DNA of 64,000 nucleotides. Source: Candidatus Binatia bacterium. GTDB taxonomy: Bacteria > Desulfobacterota > Binatia > HRBIN30. Location: assembly GCA_038245295.1 (NCBI GenBank), contig JBBRSP010000003.1:160001-224000 (forward strand), read 5' to 3'. The notes under the pieces are model-generated. The model did not search any database and was not told the DNA's origin. It saw only the letters and a list, made by a program, of their open reading frames with translations. Shown here in pieces: positions 20,201-29,983 of the stretch (positions are counted from its first letter, which is position 1; the number at the start of each line of letters is the position of its first letter). Position numbers and translations under genes: made by a program.

Positions 20201-20738
20201 GGCGACGCGGACGCAGACGGCAACGGTTACGCCGACCGAGACGCAGACTCCCGTGGCGAGCTTCTCGCCGACAAATACGGCGACGTGGACGGTGACCCCG
20301 GAACCAAGCGACACTCCGACGTCAATCCCGACGGTGACAGCAACAGCGCAGCCATCCGCCACCGAGACGGCACTGCCGCCGCCGACCGAGACGCCGACGT
20401 TCTCCGAGGTCACGGTGACACCGCTGCCATCGCCGACGGAGACCCCTGGCGTGCCGGAAACACCATCCGCGACTGCTACCGCAACGCCAACCCCACCGCC
20501 CCCGACGGCTACCGCGACGGCGACCGAGACGCCTCCTTCATCTCTGGCCTGCGTGTGCGATTGCGATGCCGATGGCGAGGTGACGATCGACGAACTCATC
20601 GCGGCGATCGATATCGCGCTCGACCTGTTGCCCTACTCCCACTGCCCGCGCGCCGATGCGAACCTCGACGGCCAGGTGACGATCGAGGAGATCATTCAAG
20701 GTATCACCAATTCGTTGGAAGGCTGCCCGGTTGCTTGA
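17277..20738 (+). CDS. Secreted protein: cohesin-like domain, ~900-aa Thr/Pro/Ser-rich linker, dockerin-like C-terminal domain
   Basis: Signal peptide ending [30 protein letters not shown]; (TX)n tract; duplicated [12 protein letters not shown] / [12 protein letters not shown] loops. Confidence 0.85.
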   Translation: MMRISRRSLHSLAIGLLWFSCANPALAATARLAPSTATINGTGPSASTTMVLTVDGPAGILGYNFALIYDPTILSVPPGNVTAGSSVGGSCLFVGNSSVDGKLCLTVGCTTELAGASVQLANIEFDGDMSGVSAVQFDPSGCTSPVASDGCQLETSSGTVPCTNMDGSVTVNAATPTFTIGLTATPTRTATRTPTSTPTSTPTQTPTFTRTSTPTRTPTNTSTPTQTPTNTPSSTRTSTPTLTPTRTPTSTATRTPTFTPSVTPTSSGTPTQTPTATPSRTPTSTFSPTSTFLPSNTPTQTPTNTSSPTFTSTPTATPTWTASRTPTQTSTRTASSTPTSTPTLTPSRTPTSTATITATPTNTPTGTPTKTPTSTPTLTPSRTPTSTATITATPTDTPTGTPTRTPTSTPTSTQTPTQTSTTTQTATRTATATPTSTPTQTASRTPTVTLTPTSTRTPTLTPTITGTATDTPTQTSTATQTPTITASITRTPTITATPTRTVTGTLPPTNTPSQTGTRTQTGTATQTPTNTPTNTATSTRTPTATPTASPSRTPSVTQTPSLTPTGTQPPTETPTRTNTPTQTSTVTATNTPTKTATATQTATPTHIPTQTASRTATISATPSPSRTSTATASPTRSPSGTQLPTSTPTVTGTSTSTPTSTNTATPTVTNTSTPTRTPTITATATITHTPTSSPTVTLTVTGTQPATATPTRTGTPTSTASRTPSPTITSTPSRTPTLTPSTTGTATGTRTQTATVTATITRTATNTPTSSLTPSATRTATQSPSASVPATSTVTLTPRPTSTGTPEPSSTPTQTGTRTATPSPSHTATTTPTPSSTPTATPSPTASPSPTSTPTETSTPTQTATPTATTTGPTATFTKPPTITPTETSAPEASPTRSVTRTPSGTFTPTDSPVPTGTRSPNPSRTFTMTPTATNTETPTFTFTVRPTSTPTTTRSETPTETPVPQSATPTFTKPATRTQTATVTPTETQTPVASFSPTNTATWTVTPEPSDTPTSIPTVTATAQPSATETALPPPTETPTFSEVTVTPLPSPTETPGVPETPSATATATPTPPPPTATATATETPPSSLACVCDCDADGEVTIDELIAAIDIALDLLPYSHCPRADANLDGQVTIEEIIQGITNSLEGCPVA

Positions 20739-20981
20739 CGGGAGTGGATAGCTGCGATCCCCCCGGGCAGCGTGTGAATATTGCCGATCGTTCGAGTTTG
20801 GTTTTCTAGCAAAGATTTCTGGTGCCGCGTTCTATCGCCCCGGCTCAGGCGCGGCGGCGCATTTCCACCTCGCCTTCAGTCGAAGCAAAAGCGATCAAGG
20901 GAGCAAGCTCCCCGCCGTGGCCTGCGGCCGTCTGTTTTCGGCCGTTGAACGTCTCATTGGATCAGCCGCCACCATAGATCC

Positions 20982-21282
20982 TGCACCACAAAGGACACGA
21001 AAGCCGCGAAGGGCTGAGCCACGAGAAGACACCTGCTCGGCGATTCTCTCTGCGTATTACTTACGTTCGAATTCGTCGCGGCGCGCGACGATCTGGCGAG
21101 ATTGAAACCAGCGTGCGGTTCCTTGCCACGGATGAACACCGATGAACACAGATGCAGGCCCTTTGGGCATGCGGTGCGCGCCTGGCCGTTTACAAGCCAT
21201 CTGTGTTCATCCCATTCATCCGTGGCGAGCGGCCTCTCGGTTGGGTTGCGGGCGAAGCCCGCGTCGTGCTCTTCGTGGTGCA
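20982..21282. repeat. Nested inverted-repeat cluster
   Basis: Outer arms tgcaccacaaaggacacga / tcgtgctcttcgtggtgca; inner arms gccacggatgaacaccgatgaacacagatg / catctgtgttcatcccattcatccgtggc; hairpin gcgggcgaagcccgc. Confidence 0.8.
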
Positions 21283-21449
21283 CCTTCCTTGTATGCGCGC
21301 GATTTTACGACGGAGCCACCGGCCGAACCGCCCTACAAAACGGCCGCGCGTTTGAGCTGGTTCCGGCCAACGGCTGGGCTGCTCCCGTCGAAGGTGAGCC
21401 TAAGCCTAAGGTTTTGAGAAAACCTCTAAAGCCTGCAGTGGCCGACGGC

Positions 21450-23126
21450 TCAGAAGCGCGACGCCGTTAGCTTCACATCCGATCGCTGCCACGCCTTCAA
21501 GAAGCGCTCGTAGACACAGTTCGCTTCCATCATCCGCCCCTGGGCGATCAGACTCTGGTGCAGGCCGAATAGTGACCAGCCATTCTCCGGGTTGCGCTCG
21601 AGATCATCGCGATAAACGCTTTCTGCCTGCGCGGCGCGGCCGGCGGCGAGAAGGACGGCGCCGAGGGACTGCCGCGCCGGGTAATGCCACGGCGGTGGTT
21701 CCATATAGGGTAGACGGTCCTGTTCATCGACGGCGGCGGTGAGCTCGGCTTGAGCGCTGTCCGCATCGCCGCGCCGTCCGGCCAGCTCGCCAGCCAATGT
21801 TGCCGTGGCCAGGCGCGTCATTTGCGCCGCCGATTGATTGTCGCCGACGATTCGCTCGAGCGGAATCTGTGCCGCAACACCGCGTAGTTCGTCGAGCTCG
21901 TCCTGCGCTTCGGGGAGATGATGGGTGCTCGCGAGTGCGATGCCGCGCGCGTAATGCCACAGGGCGGTGGTGTACTGCAGATCCGCTGGCGGTGCCGGCT
22001 CGTCGATCATCTGCTGCCACCGGCCAAAACGGACGAGCGCAAACCAATACGTCGGCGCGTAGAACTCGAGCATCGGCATGGCACGCTGCGCCTCCGGCGG
22101 CAGCTGCGCGACGACGCGTTGTGCCGCGTCGAGGGCGTCGGCCCTGCGCCCCTCCATGCTGGCGGCGGCCCACAGGAAGTGCAGGTTGTGGGGGTAATAC
22201 ATCATCGGATAGACGCCCTGCGGGGCGACGGCCTTGATGTACGTTTCGTCCACCTCAGCCGCGTGGCGATTGGTTTCCGTCGCTTCTTTATAATTGCCGA
22301 GTCGCATGTAGATGTGCGACGGCATGTGGACCAGGTGGCCGGCTCCGGGCACCAGGGTCTTCAAACGCTCGGCACTGGGCAATCCCTTCTCGGGATTCGC
22401 AGAACCTTCGATCGCGTGGATGTAATAGTGGTTGGCGCCCGGATGGTTGGGGTGCTCCGCCAATACGCGCTCGAGTGTGGCGACAATCTCTGTGGTGCCG
22501 GGTTGCGGCGAACCGTCGGCGGTCCACAGATCCCAGGGACGTAAATCCATCATCGATTCGGCGTAAAGCGTTGCCGCATCCGCATCATCGGGAAAACGCG
22601 CCGCCAGGTGGCCCATCGCCTCGGCAAAGGCCTCGTCCAAGGCATGCCGGTCGACCTGAGGGTCGGCGGAATAGCGGCGGCTCAGGGCTTCGATGTACTG
22701 TTGCTCGCTCTGGCTGGCCTTTGGCGCCAGGCGCACCGCCTGTTGTGTCGCTGTGTAGGCTGAGCGAGCCCGCTCGGCATCCAGCGGCAGGTTGTAGTTC
22801 GGTCCGTGCGCAAAACCGATGCCCCACCAGGCCATGGCGCACTGCGGGTCGAGTTTGGCGGCCATTTGGAACGCACGAATGGCCTCGTCGTGATTGAAAC
22901 CGTAGATCAGCCGAAGGCCCTGATCGAAGTAGCGCTGTGCTTGCGGCGATGTGGTCGTGATGGCGTGGTGATGCGTGCCGAGGTCCTCGAAGAGCGGCAC
23001 ATCGCTCGTCGCCGCCACCGCCATGTCATGGCCGGAGTGGAGACCGGGTGCCCGATTTCCGGCACAGCCAACTGCGGTAACGGTCAGAGCGCCGACAAGG
23101 GCGGCTTTGGCAACTGGCCAGTTCAT
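21450..23126 (-). CDS. TPR-repeat putative lipoprotein
   Basis: Lipobox-like TAVGC, AQRYFDQGL..GFNHDEA, HPGANHYYIH, GHLVHMPSHIY, NPENGWSL. Confidence 0.85.
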   Translation of the reverse strand: MNWPVAKAALVGALTVTAVGCAGNRAPGLHSGHDMAVAATSDVPLFEDLGTHHHAITTTSPQAQRYFDQGLRLIYGFNHDEAIRAFQMAAKLDPQCAMAWWGIGFAHGPNYNLPLDAERARSAYTATQQAVRLAPKASQSEQQYIEALSRRYSADPQVDRHALDEAFAEAMGHLAARFPDDADAATLYAESMMDLRPWDLWTADGSPQPGTTEIVATLERVLAEHPNHPGANHYYIHAIEGSANPEKGLPSAERLKTLVPGAGHLVHMPSHIYMRLGNYKEATETNRHAAEVDETYIKAVAPQGVYPMMYYPHNLHFLWAAASMEGRRADALDAAQRVVAQLPPEAQRAMPMLEFYAPTYWFALVRFGRWQQMIDEPAPPADLQYTTALWHYARGIALASTHHLPEAQDELDELRGVAAQIPLERIVGDNQSAAQMTRLATATLAGELAGRRGDADSAQAELTAAVDEQDRLPYMEPPPWHYPARQSLGAVLLAAGRAAQAESVYRDDLERNPENGWSLFGLHQSLIAQGRMMEANCVYERFLKAWQRSDVKLTASRF

Positions 23127-23198
23127 GAGCGTGCCTCTATGCCGAGGGGCCAACCGTTGCAAGTCCGGAGCGCCGCTTGGTTGTACGAGGGGAGAGAG

Positions 23199-23275
23199 TG
23201 GTGCGCCCTGGCTGATTCGAACAGCCGACCCCCAGATTCGTAGTCTGGTGCTCTATCCAGCTGAGCTAAGGGCGC
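23199..23275 (-). tRNA. tRNA-Arg (anticodon ACG)
   Basis: GCGCCCT acceptor stem, TAGCTCAGCTGGATAGAGC D-arm, CCAGA-CTACGAA-TCTGG anticodon arm, GTTCGAATC T-loop, encoded CCA; 77 nt. Confidence 0.97.
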
Positions 23276-23333
23276 ATGCCAAGAGCTGAAGAGTCGCGTG
23301 AGTTAACACGCACTTTCGGAGTGCGCAAGCCGC

Positions 23334-23897
23334 CTACGAGCTGGCGGCGCCGCCGCGCCACAGTAGCGGCAGCAGGCGGACGTTGTAATCGATGCCGGAC
23401 CACACCGCGAGAACGAGCGAAATCCACAGGAAGTACATGCCTCCGGCGTGCCAGGCGAGGCCGAAAAAATCGTAGTGGAGCAGCAGCCCGACCATCGCGA
23501 ACATCTGGAAGATCGTCTTGTATTTTCCGAGCTCCTCGGCGGCCACGACGATGCCGTTGTTCAAGGCCACGGCGCGTAGGCCGGTGACCAGCATCTCCCG
23601 GCCGATGATGATGATGGCCGCCCAGGCGGGGACACCGGGGCTGCGGTCCATGGCGACCAGCATGATGAGCGCCGCCGCGACGATCAGTTTGTCGGCGAGC
23701 GGGTCGAGCAGTTTGCCGAGGGTTGTGGAAATGTTCCACCGGCGCGCCAGGTAGCCGTCGAGAAAGTCGGAGACGCTGGCGACAAAGAAGGTTGCGCCGG
23801 CCAGGGCGCTCGAGGTCCGGCCCGGGTCATTGAGGAAATAGATCATCACCGGGATGAGCAGGATGCGGATGATGGTCAGGATATTCGGCAGATTCAT
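23334..23897 (-). CDS. pgsA: CDP-diacylglycerol--glycerol-3-phosphate 3-phosphatidyltransferase
   Basis: MNLPNILT, DFLDGYLAR..GKLLDPLADK CDP-alcohol phosphotransferase motif. Confidence 0.95.
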   Translation of the reverse strand: MNLPNILTIIRILLIPVMIYFLNDPGRTSSALAGATFFVASVSDFLDGYLARRWNISTTLGKLLDPLADKLIVAAALIMLVAMDRSPGVPAWAAIIIIGREMLVTGLRAVALNNGIVVAAEELGKYKTIFQMFAMVGLLLHYDFFGLAWHAGGMYFLWISLVLAVWSGIDYNVRLLPLLWRGGAASS

Positions 23898-23954
23898 GAG
23901 ACGATGTGCGTCGCGACGGTCTGCCGAAGGGTGGGTTGTCGGGTTGCCGCGCGG

Positions 23955-24560
23955 TTACTGAGCCAGATAGGCTTCACGGAAGCGCAGCACCTTGACCAGG
24001 TAATCCTGTGTCTCGGGGTAGGGCGGCACGCCGCCGTTCTTGTCGACCGCGCCCTCGCCGGCATTGTAGGCCGCCAAGGCGAGTCTGACATTGCCGTTGT
24101 AGCGATCGAGGAGATATCGCAGATGGCGCACACCGCCTTCGACGTTTTGCGTCGGCTCGAACGCCACGTTGACGCCGCGCATCCGCGCCGTCGCCGGCAT
24201 CAGCTGCATGAGGCCAAGGGCACCCTTCGGCGACACCGCGTCGGCCTGGAAGTCCGACTCGGCACGGATGACGGCCTTGACCAAAGCTACATCGACTTGG
24301 TGCTTCTCGGCGGCGTCACGGATGATCTGGTCGTACTTCTTGTGGCGTTTCGGATCGCTCCAGCGTCCGAACGGACTGCGCCGCCAGGTCTTCCACGCGT
24401 CGAGCTCGGCCATGTAGTAGTGGTATTGCGGTTCGGACGGGGCGTTGGAGAAGTGCAGCCCGCCGCGTGTATCGCGGTACATGTAGATATCAGCACGCGC
24501 GGAGCCGGCCAGCGAGGCCAGACCGCAGCAAGCGATCACAATCAGGCAAAGGTTTCGCAC
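23955..24560 (-). CDS. Lytic transglycosylase (SLT domain) with N-terminal DUF4124-like segment
   Basis: AES, GALGLMQLMP, ALAAYNAG, ETQDY motifs; signal peptide. Confidence 0.9.
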   Translation of the reverse strand: MRNLCLIVIACCGLASLAGSARADIYMYRDTRGGLHFSNAPSEPQYHYYMAELDAWKTWRRSPFGRWSDPKRHKKYDQIIRDAAEKHQVDVALVKAVIRAESDFQADAVSPKGALGLMQLMPATARMRGVNVAFEPTQNVEGGVRHLRYLLDRYNGNVRLALAAYNAGEGAVDKNGGVPPYPETQDYLVKVLRFREAYLAQ

Positions 24561-24650
24561 CGCGGCCGACCCTAAAACGTCGGCGCGGGCTGGTCAATCG
24601 GAATCTGCACCCTGGCTATTTTGGGGCGCGCATGTGCTAGAGGCGCGCGT

Positions 24651-26243
24651 ATGCAGTCTTGTGACTTCCTCGTCATCGGCAGTGGCCTTGCCGGTCTGAC
24701 CTTTGCCCTCAAGGCGGCCGAGGTTGGATCGGTGATCGTGCTGACCAAGGACCGTGTTCCCGAGAGTGCCACGGAGTACGCGCAAGGCGGCATCGCCTCG
24801 GTGTGGAGTCCGGAGGATTCCTTCGAGGAGCACAGCCAGGATACGATGACCGCCGGCGCCGACCTGTGTCACCGCGATATCGTCGATCTCGTCGTGCGCG
24901 AGGCGCCGGAGCGGGTGCGCGAGCTGATTGCGCGCGGCACTCGCTTCTCGACACGCGGCGGCGAGTTGGCCGACGAGTATGACTTGACCAAAGAAGGCGG
25001 CCACAGTCGGCGACGCATCTTGCATGCGTCGGACGCGACCGGACGCGAAATCATGCGGGCTCTGGTCGAAGCGGTGCACCAACAGCCCAACATCAAAGTA
25101 CTCGAACGCCATCTGGCGATTGATCTGCTCATCGACGCCAAGTTTGATCGCCGCATCGAGCGGCCGTCATGTTGGGGCGCATACGCGCTGAATGTCGCGA
25201 CGGGACAAGTGGAACGCTTCACGGCCGGTGCGACGCTTCTTGCCGCGGGCGGGGCCGGCAAGGTTTACCTCTACACGACGAATCCCGACATTGCTTCCGG
25301 CGACGGGATTGCGATGGCGTATCGCGCCGGGGCCGCGGTCGGCAATATGGAATTCATCCAGTTCCACCCGACCTGTCTGTATCATCCACAGGCGAAGTCA
25401 TTCCTGATTACCGAGGCGCTACGCGGCGAAGGCGCGATCCTGCGACGGCCGGACGGAGAAGCGTTCATGAAACGCTACGACGCGCGCGCCGAGTTGGCGC
25501 CACGCGACATCGTGGCGCGCGCCATCGACAATGAGATGAAGGTCCACGGCTACGAGCACGTGTACCTCGACATCAGACATAAGGGCGCGGATTTCGTACG
25601 CGAGCGCTTTCCGATGATCTACGAGCGCTGCCGCGCCTTCGGAATCGATATCACGACCGACCAGATCCCCGTCGTGCCGGCGGCGCACTACTGTTGTGGT
25701 GGGGTGGTTACGGACGAGAATGGTGCGACGCGTGTTGGTCGCCTGTTTGCGGCCGGGGAATGCGCCATGACTGGGCTGCACGGCGCGAACCGCCTGGCGT
25801 CGAACTCGCTTCTCGAGGCCGTGGTCTTCGGACATCGAGCGTCGATAGCCGCCTGCCGCGTCGTGAGCGAGCCGAGCACGCCACCGCCGATGCCGGAATG
25901 GAATCCTGGGCAAGCGAGCGGTAGCGACGAGTCGGTGGTGGTGACGCAGAACTGGGACGAGATCCGCCGCTTCATGTGGAACTACGTCGGCATCGTGCGA
26001 TCGAATCGCCGACTGGCGCGGGCCCGCAAACGCATTGAGTTGCTGCAGCAGGAGATCCGCGAGTATTACTGGAACTTCCTGGTAACCGGAGATCTGATCG
26101 AGCTACGCAACATCGCCCTGGTGGCGGAGCTGATCATCCGTTCGGCGATCTCACGGCAGGAGAGCCGCGGTCTGCACTACAACATCGACTATCCGCAGCG
26201 CGATGATGAGCATTGGCTGCGGGATACGGTGCTGGTGCCGTAG
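24651..26243 (+). CDS. nadB: L-aspartate oxidase
   Basis: GSGLAG, AQGGIA, EGGHSRRRI, QFHPT, GLHGANRLASNSLLE, ESRGLH. Confidence 0.96.
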   Translation: MQSCDFLVIGSGLAGLTFALKAAEVGSVIVLTKDRVPESATEYAQGGIASVWSPEDSFEEHSQDTMTAGADLCHRDIVDLVVREAPERVRELIARGTRFSTRGGELADEYDLTKEGGHSRRRILHASDATGREIMRALVEAVHQQPNIKVLERHLAIDLLIDAKFDRRIERPSCWGAYALNVATGQVERFTAGATLLAAGGAGKVYLYTTNPDIASGDGIAMAYRAGAAVGNMEFIQFHPTCLYHPQAKSFLITEALRGEGAILRRPDGEAFMKRYDARAELAPRDIVARAIDNEMKVHGYEHVYLDIRHKGADFVRERFPMIYERCRAFGIDITTDQIPVVPAAHYCCGGVVTDENGATRVGRLFAAGECAMTGLHGANRLASNSLLEAVVFGHRASIAACRVVSEPSTPPPMPEWNPGQASGSDESVVVTQNWDEIRRFMWNYVGIVRSNRRLARARKRIELLQQEIREYYWNFLVTGDLIELRNIALVAELIIRSAISRQESRGLHYNIDYPQRDDEHWLRDTVLVP

Positions 26244-26259
26244 CGGGGTGGGCAGCGCA

Positions 26260-26341
26260 CCGCAGGCTGAAGGCTGCGCCTACCGACCGCCGCCGGGCCT
26301 GCTGGTGGGCCTGGTGGGTAGGCGCAAGCTTTAGCTTGCGG
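26260..26341. repeat. GTAG-type REP doublet between convergent nadB and glyA
   Basis: ccgcaggctgaaggctgcgcctacc ... ggtaggcgcaagctttagcttgcgg inverted pair. Confidence 0.75.
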
Positions 26342-26362
26342 AGGGCTGTGGTGGAGCGAGAA

Positions 26363-27601
26363 TTAGGCGAACCCGAGCGGAAACTTCTTGCACAGCGCGA
26401 CGACGTCGTCCGAAACCGACTTGAGCCCAGCCTCGTTGCCGATGTTCTGCAAGGCCCGCTGAATGAGCTCGGCGATAATGTCCATCTCCGCCTCTTTCAT
26501 CCCGCGCGTCGTGACGGCCGGCGTACCGATACGAATGCCGCTGGTAACGAACGGTGAACGCGTCTCGAACGGCACCGTGTTCTTGTTGACGGTGATGCGC
26601 GCCTTGTCGAGGGTCTCCTCGGCGATCTTACCGGTGATCTCCGTCTGTCGCAGGTCGAGCAGCATCAGGTGATTGTCGGTGCCGCCGGAGACGACGCGGA
26701 AGCCGCGTTTCATCAGGCCGCTGCACAGCGCCTTGGCGTTGTTGAGCACCTGTTGCTGGTAGACCTTGAACTCGGGCTTCAACGCTTCGGCGAAGGCCAC
26801 CGCCTTCGCGGCGATGACGTGCATCAGTGGGCCGCCCTGGTTGCCGGGAAACACCGACGAACCGATGGCCTTGGCGTAGGGTTCCTTGCACATGATCATG
26901 CCGCCGCGCGGGCCACGCAGGGTCTTGTGTGTCGTCGTGGTCACGAAGTCGCAGTGCGGCACCGGCGATGGATGCAGGCCGGCGGCGACCAGTCCGGCAA
27001 AGTGAGCGATGTCGGCCAGGATGGTTGCGCCAACCTCATCGGCGATGCGGCGGAACGCGGCAAAATCGAGGATACGCGAGTAGGCGCTGTAGCCGACGAC
27101 GATCATCTTGGGACGGTGCTGGCGCGCCAACTCGGCGATCGCGTCGTAGTCGAGCCGCTCATCCGATTCGCGTACGCCGTAGGGAACGATCTTGAAGAAC
27201 TTGCCGGAGAAATTGGCCGGGCTGCCGTGCGTTAGGTGGCCGCCGTGGGCCAGGTTCATGCCGAGAATCGTGTCGCCCGGCTGCAGCTGCGAGAAGTACA
27301 CCTCCATGTTGGCCTGCGAGCCGGAGTGAGGCTGTACGTTGACGTAGTCGGCACCGAAGAGTTGCTTGGCACGGCTGATCGCCAGCTCTTCGGCGATATC
27401 GACGAACTCGCAACCGCCGTAGTAGCGCTTCCCCGGATATCCCTCGGCGTACTTGTTCGTCAGGATGGAGCCCTGGGCTTCGAGAACGGCCCTGCTGACG
27501 ACGTTCTCAGAGGCGATGAGCTCCAGGTTGTGTTCCATACGCTGCGCTTCTTGGCGCAGGATACCGAAGATCTCGGGGTCGACGCATTCGAGCTCGGTCA
27601 T
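26363..27601 (-). CDS. glyA: Serine hydroxymethyltransferase
   Basis: [38 protein letters not shown]-binding motif. Confidence 0.98.
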   Translation of the reverse strand: MTELECVDPEIFGILRQEAQRMEHNLELIASENVVSRAVLEAQGSILTNKYAEGYPGKRYYGGCEFVDIAEELAISRAKQLFGADYVNVQPHSGSQANMEVYFSQLQPGDTILGMNLAHGGHLTHGSPANFSGKFFKIVPYGVRESDERLDYDAIAELARQHRPKMIVVGYSAYSRILDFAAFRRIADEVGATILADIAHFAGLVAAGLHPSPVPHCDFVTTTTHKTLRGPRGGMIMCKEPYAKAIGSSVFPGNQGGPLMHVIAAKAVAFAEALKPEFKVYQQQVLNNAKALCSGLMKRGFRVVSGGTDNHLMLLDLRQTEITGKIAEETLDKARITVNKNTVPFETRSPFVTSGIRIGTPAVTTRGMKEAEMDIIAELIQRALQNIGNEAGLKSVSDDVVALCKKFPLGFA

Positions 27602-27603
27602 GA

Positions 27604-27843
27604 TTATTTCTTGTGCCCTTCGATGTAGGTGACGACGTCCTGCACGGTACGGATCTTCTCCGCTTCCTCGTCGGTGATCTCCATGTCGTATTCTTCCTCG
27701 AGCGCCATGACAAGCTCGACGATATCCAGGGAGTCGGCGCCGAGATCCTCGATGAACGAGGCGGTCGGCGTCACTTCCTCTTCACTCACACCCAGTTGTT
27801 CCGCAATGATCTGCCGAACCTTGCTCGCGACGTCTGCTGCCAT
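27604..27843 (-). CDS. acpP: Acyl carrier protein
   Basis: DLGADSLD phosphopantetheine site; GGAGG SD before ATG 27843. Confidence 0.97.
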   Translation of the reverse strand: MAADVASKVRQIIAEQLGVSEEEVTPTASFIEDLGADSLDIVELVMALEEEYDMEITDEEAEKIRTVQDVVTYIEGHKK

Positions 27844-27924
27844 TCTTTCCTCCTGCTCCAAAAACCGTTGGTCCGGGAGAGCCATCTCTCACCCCGGCGA
27901 GGGCCGCATCTCTACTACGGACGC

Positions 27925-28674
27925 CTACATGTACAAGCCACCATTCACCCCCAGCACCTGGCCGGTAATGTATCCAGCCGCGGGCCGCGCGAGAAAGGCC
28001 ACCACCTCCGCCACATCCTCCGCAGTACCGAACCGGCCGGCGGGAATGAGCTTCTGATACTCTGTTCTCTGGGCTTCAGGCAAGGCGGCTACCATCTCCG
28101 TGTCAACAAATCCTGGCGCCACCGCGTTGACCGTAATGTTGCGGCTGGCGAGCTCGCGAGCCATCGACCGGGTAAATCCCTCGATTCCCGCTTTGGCCGC
28201 CACGTAGGCGCCCTGGCCGGGATTGCCGAGGGCGGCGGCGGCGGAGCTGAGATTGATGATGCGCCCGTAATGGGCCCGGACCATCGATCGCGCCACGGCC
28301 TTGGTGCAATGGAAGACGCCACCCAGGTTTGTCCGGATGACTTTGTCCCAGTCGGCTTCCTTCAGGCGCAGGATGAGCGTGTCAACGGTGACGCCGGCAT
28401 TGTTGACGAGAATGTCGCAACGGCCATGTTTGGCGAGCAAAGCATCAATCGCCGCGCGTGTTGTCGTCGCGTCACCCACATCGAACGCGCACGTCTCGGC
28501 GGCGCCGCCGGCGGCGCCGATCTGCTCGACCGTCGCATCGGCGGCGGCCTGGTTGGCGACGTAATTGACGACGACGTGGGCGCCTTCGGCAGCCAGGCGC
28601 CGGGCAACAGCACGGCCGATACCACGCGAGCCGCCGGTGACGATGGCGACCTGTCCGGCAAGCGGCAGATTCAT
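27925..28674 (-). CDS. fabG: 3-oxoacyl-ACP reductase
   Basis: TGGSRGIG, NNAG, YVAAK, NAVAPG; lies between fabD and acpP. Confidence 0.93.
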   Translation of the reverse strand: MNLPLAGQVAIVTGGSRGIGRAVARRLAAEGAHVVVNYVANQAAADATVEQIGAAGGAAETCAFDVGDATTTRAAIDALLAKHGRCDILVNNAGVTVDTLILRLKEADWDKVIRTNLGGVFHCTKAVARSMVRAHYGRIINLSSAAAALGNPGQGAYVAAKAGIEGFTRSMARELASRNITVNAVAPGFVDTEMVAALPEAQRTEYQKLIPAGRFGTAEDVAEVVAFLARPAAGYITGQVLGVNGGLYM

Positions 28675-29600
28675 GACAACCACGCCCTCACCGCGTCGAT
28701 GTCCTCGGCCGGCTGGCAGTGGATCGTCGGGGCGATGCGCTTTACCAGGCCGGTCAGGATCCGGCCGGTGCCGACTTCGAGGGCGGCGCTACAGCCGAGG
28801 CCGGCCAGCGCCTGCATGGATTCCTCCCAGCGCACCGGGCTTACAACCTGGCGCACCAGTAGATCCTTCGTGCGGTTAGGGTCGGAATAGGGGAGGGCAT
28901 CGACGTTGCTGATGACCGGGCACGCGAAGGGGCGGATCTCGATGCTGTCGAGCACCTCGCGCAGACGCTCGGCGGCGGGGGCCATCAAGGCACAGTGGAA
29001 GGGAGCGCTCACCTGGAGGGCGACGGCGCGACGGGCGCCGTGCTGCTTGGCGAGATCGATGGCGCGATCGACGGCTTCGCGATGTCCCGCAATGACGATC
29101 TGGCCGCCACCGTTCAGGTTGGCAGCACTCACGACTTGTCCGTCAGCAGCCTCGGCGCACACGCTGTCGACGGCCGCAGGATCAAGACCCATCAGGGCGG
29201 CCATTGAGCCGACGCCCGGCGGCACGGCGGCCTGCATGGCGCGGCCACGTTCGCGCACCAGGTGCAGCGCGTCGGTAAAGGTCAGGGCACCAGCGGCGAC
29301 CAGGGCACTGAACTCGCCGAGGCTATGCCCAGCGGTCCACGACGGTCGAAGCGAAAACTCCGCCACCAGTACGCGCGCCAGCGCTGTCGACATGGCGAGC
29401 AGTGCTGGTTGCGTGTTTGCCGTTAACGTCAGCTCTTCGAGCGGCCCCTCAAAGCACAAACGCGACAACGGGAAGCGGAGAATGTCATCTGCTTCCCGAA
29501 ACGTCTCGCGGGCGAGCGGAAAGGTATCGCAGAGATCCTTTCCCATGCCGACCGCTTGTGAGCCTTGGCCGGGAAAGAGAAAGGCGATCTGCCGGTTCAT
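28671..29600 (-). CDS. fabD: Malonyl-CoA:ACP transacylase
   Basis: FPGQGSQ, GHSLGE, VSAPFH motifs. Confidence 0.96.
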   Translation of the reverse strand: MNRQIAFLFPGQGSQAVGMGKDLCDTFPLARETFREADDILRFPLSRLCFEGPLEELTLTANTQPALLAMSTALARVLVAEFSLRPSWTAGHSLGEFSALVAAGALTFTDALHLVRERGRAMQAAVPPGVGSMAALMGLDPAAVDSVCAEAADGQVVSAANLNGGGQIVIAGHREAVDRAIDLAKQHGARRAVALQVSAPFHCALMAPAAERLREVLDSIEIRPFACPVISNVDALPYSDPNRTKDLLVRQVVSPVRWEESMQALAGLGCSAALEVGTGRILTGLVKRIAPTIHCQPAEDIDAVRAWLS

Positions 29601-29619
29601 TGCAGCGCGAACACCGACT

Positions 29620-29755
29620 GAGCAGTCTGCTGAAGAACACCACCCGATGCTTCGACAGGCTCAGCATGAGCGGATCCCCGCCACGATTCCAAAAGCTTTC
29701 CGTCGCTCACCCTGAACTCGTCGAAGGGTGCTCCAAGCTTTTCGGGCGGGCTGTT
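29620..29755. repeat. REP doublet (cttcgacaggctcag family) inside degenerate terminal inverted repeats
   Basis: cttcgacaggctcagcatgagcg (29650) pairs with cgctcaccctgaactcgtcgaag (ends 29726); same family at 41105-41184. Confidence 0.75.
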
Positions 29756-29936
29756 AGTCGTTGTGGACCTCGATCACCTTGCGGCCGCGGTAATGACCGC
29801 AATGAGCGCAAGCCCGGTGCATCGCGGTTGCTTCGCCACACTCGGGGCAGGGCATTACCTGCGGGGCGGTCAGCGCGTCATGCGCGCGGCGCTTGTTGCG
29901 CTTCGAGGTCGAGGTCCTTCGTTTCGGCAAACCCAT
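29754..29936 (-). CDS. rpmF: 50S ribosomal protein L32
   Basis: PKRRTS..KRRAH, CPEC/CAHCGHY zinc motif. Confidence 0.96.
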   Translation of the reverse strand: MGLPKRRTSTSKRNKRRAHDALTAPQVMPCPECGEATAMHRACAHCGHYRGRKVIEVHND

Positions 29937-29983
29937 GATCCACTCCTTAATCCACTAGATCTTTGCTGGATGTTCCAGGACGT

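Noticed and set aside
17794..20545. Highly repetitive DNA as a CRISPR array or satellite
   Set aside because: No constant repeat with unique spacers and no cas genes; the repetition follows from Thr/Pro codons in one open frame
17379..20599. Val/Gly-rich and Arg-rich ORFs on the other frames and strand
   Set aside because: Shadow translations of the (TX)n coding sequence
21450..23275. Genomic island integrated at tRNA-Arg
   Set aside because: No integrase, and I found no duplicated tRNA 3' end elsewhere in the window
27613..28890. 425-aa plus-strand ORF
   Set aside because: Antisense to acpP, fabG and fabD; no motifs
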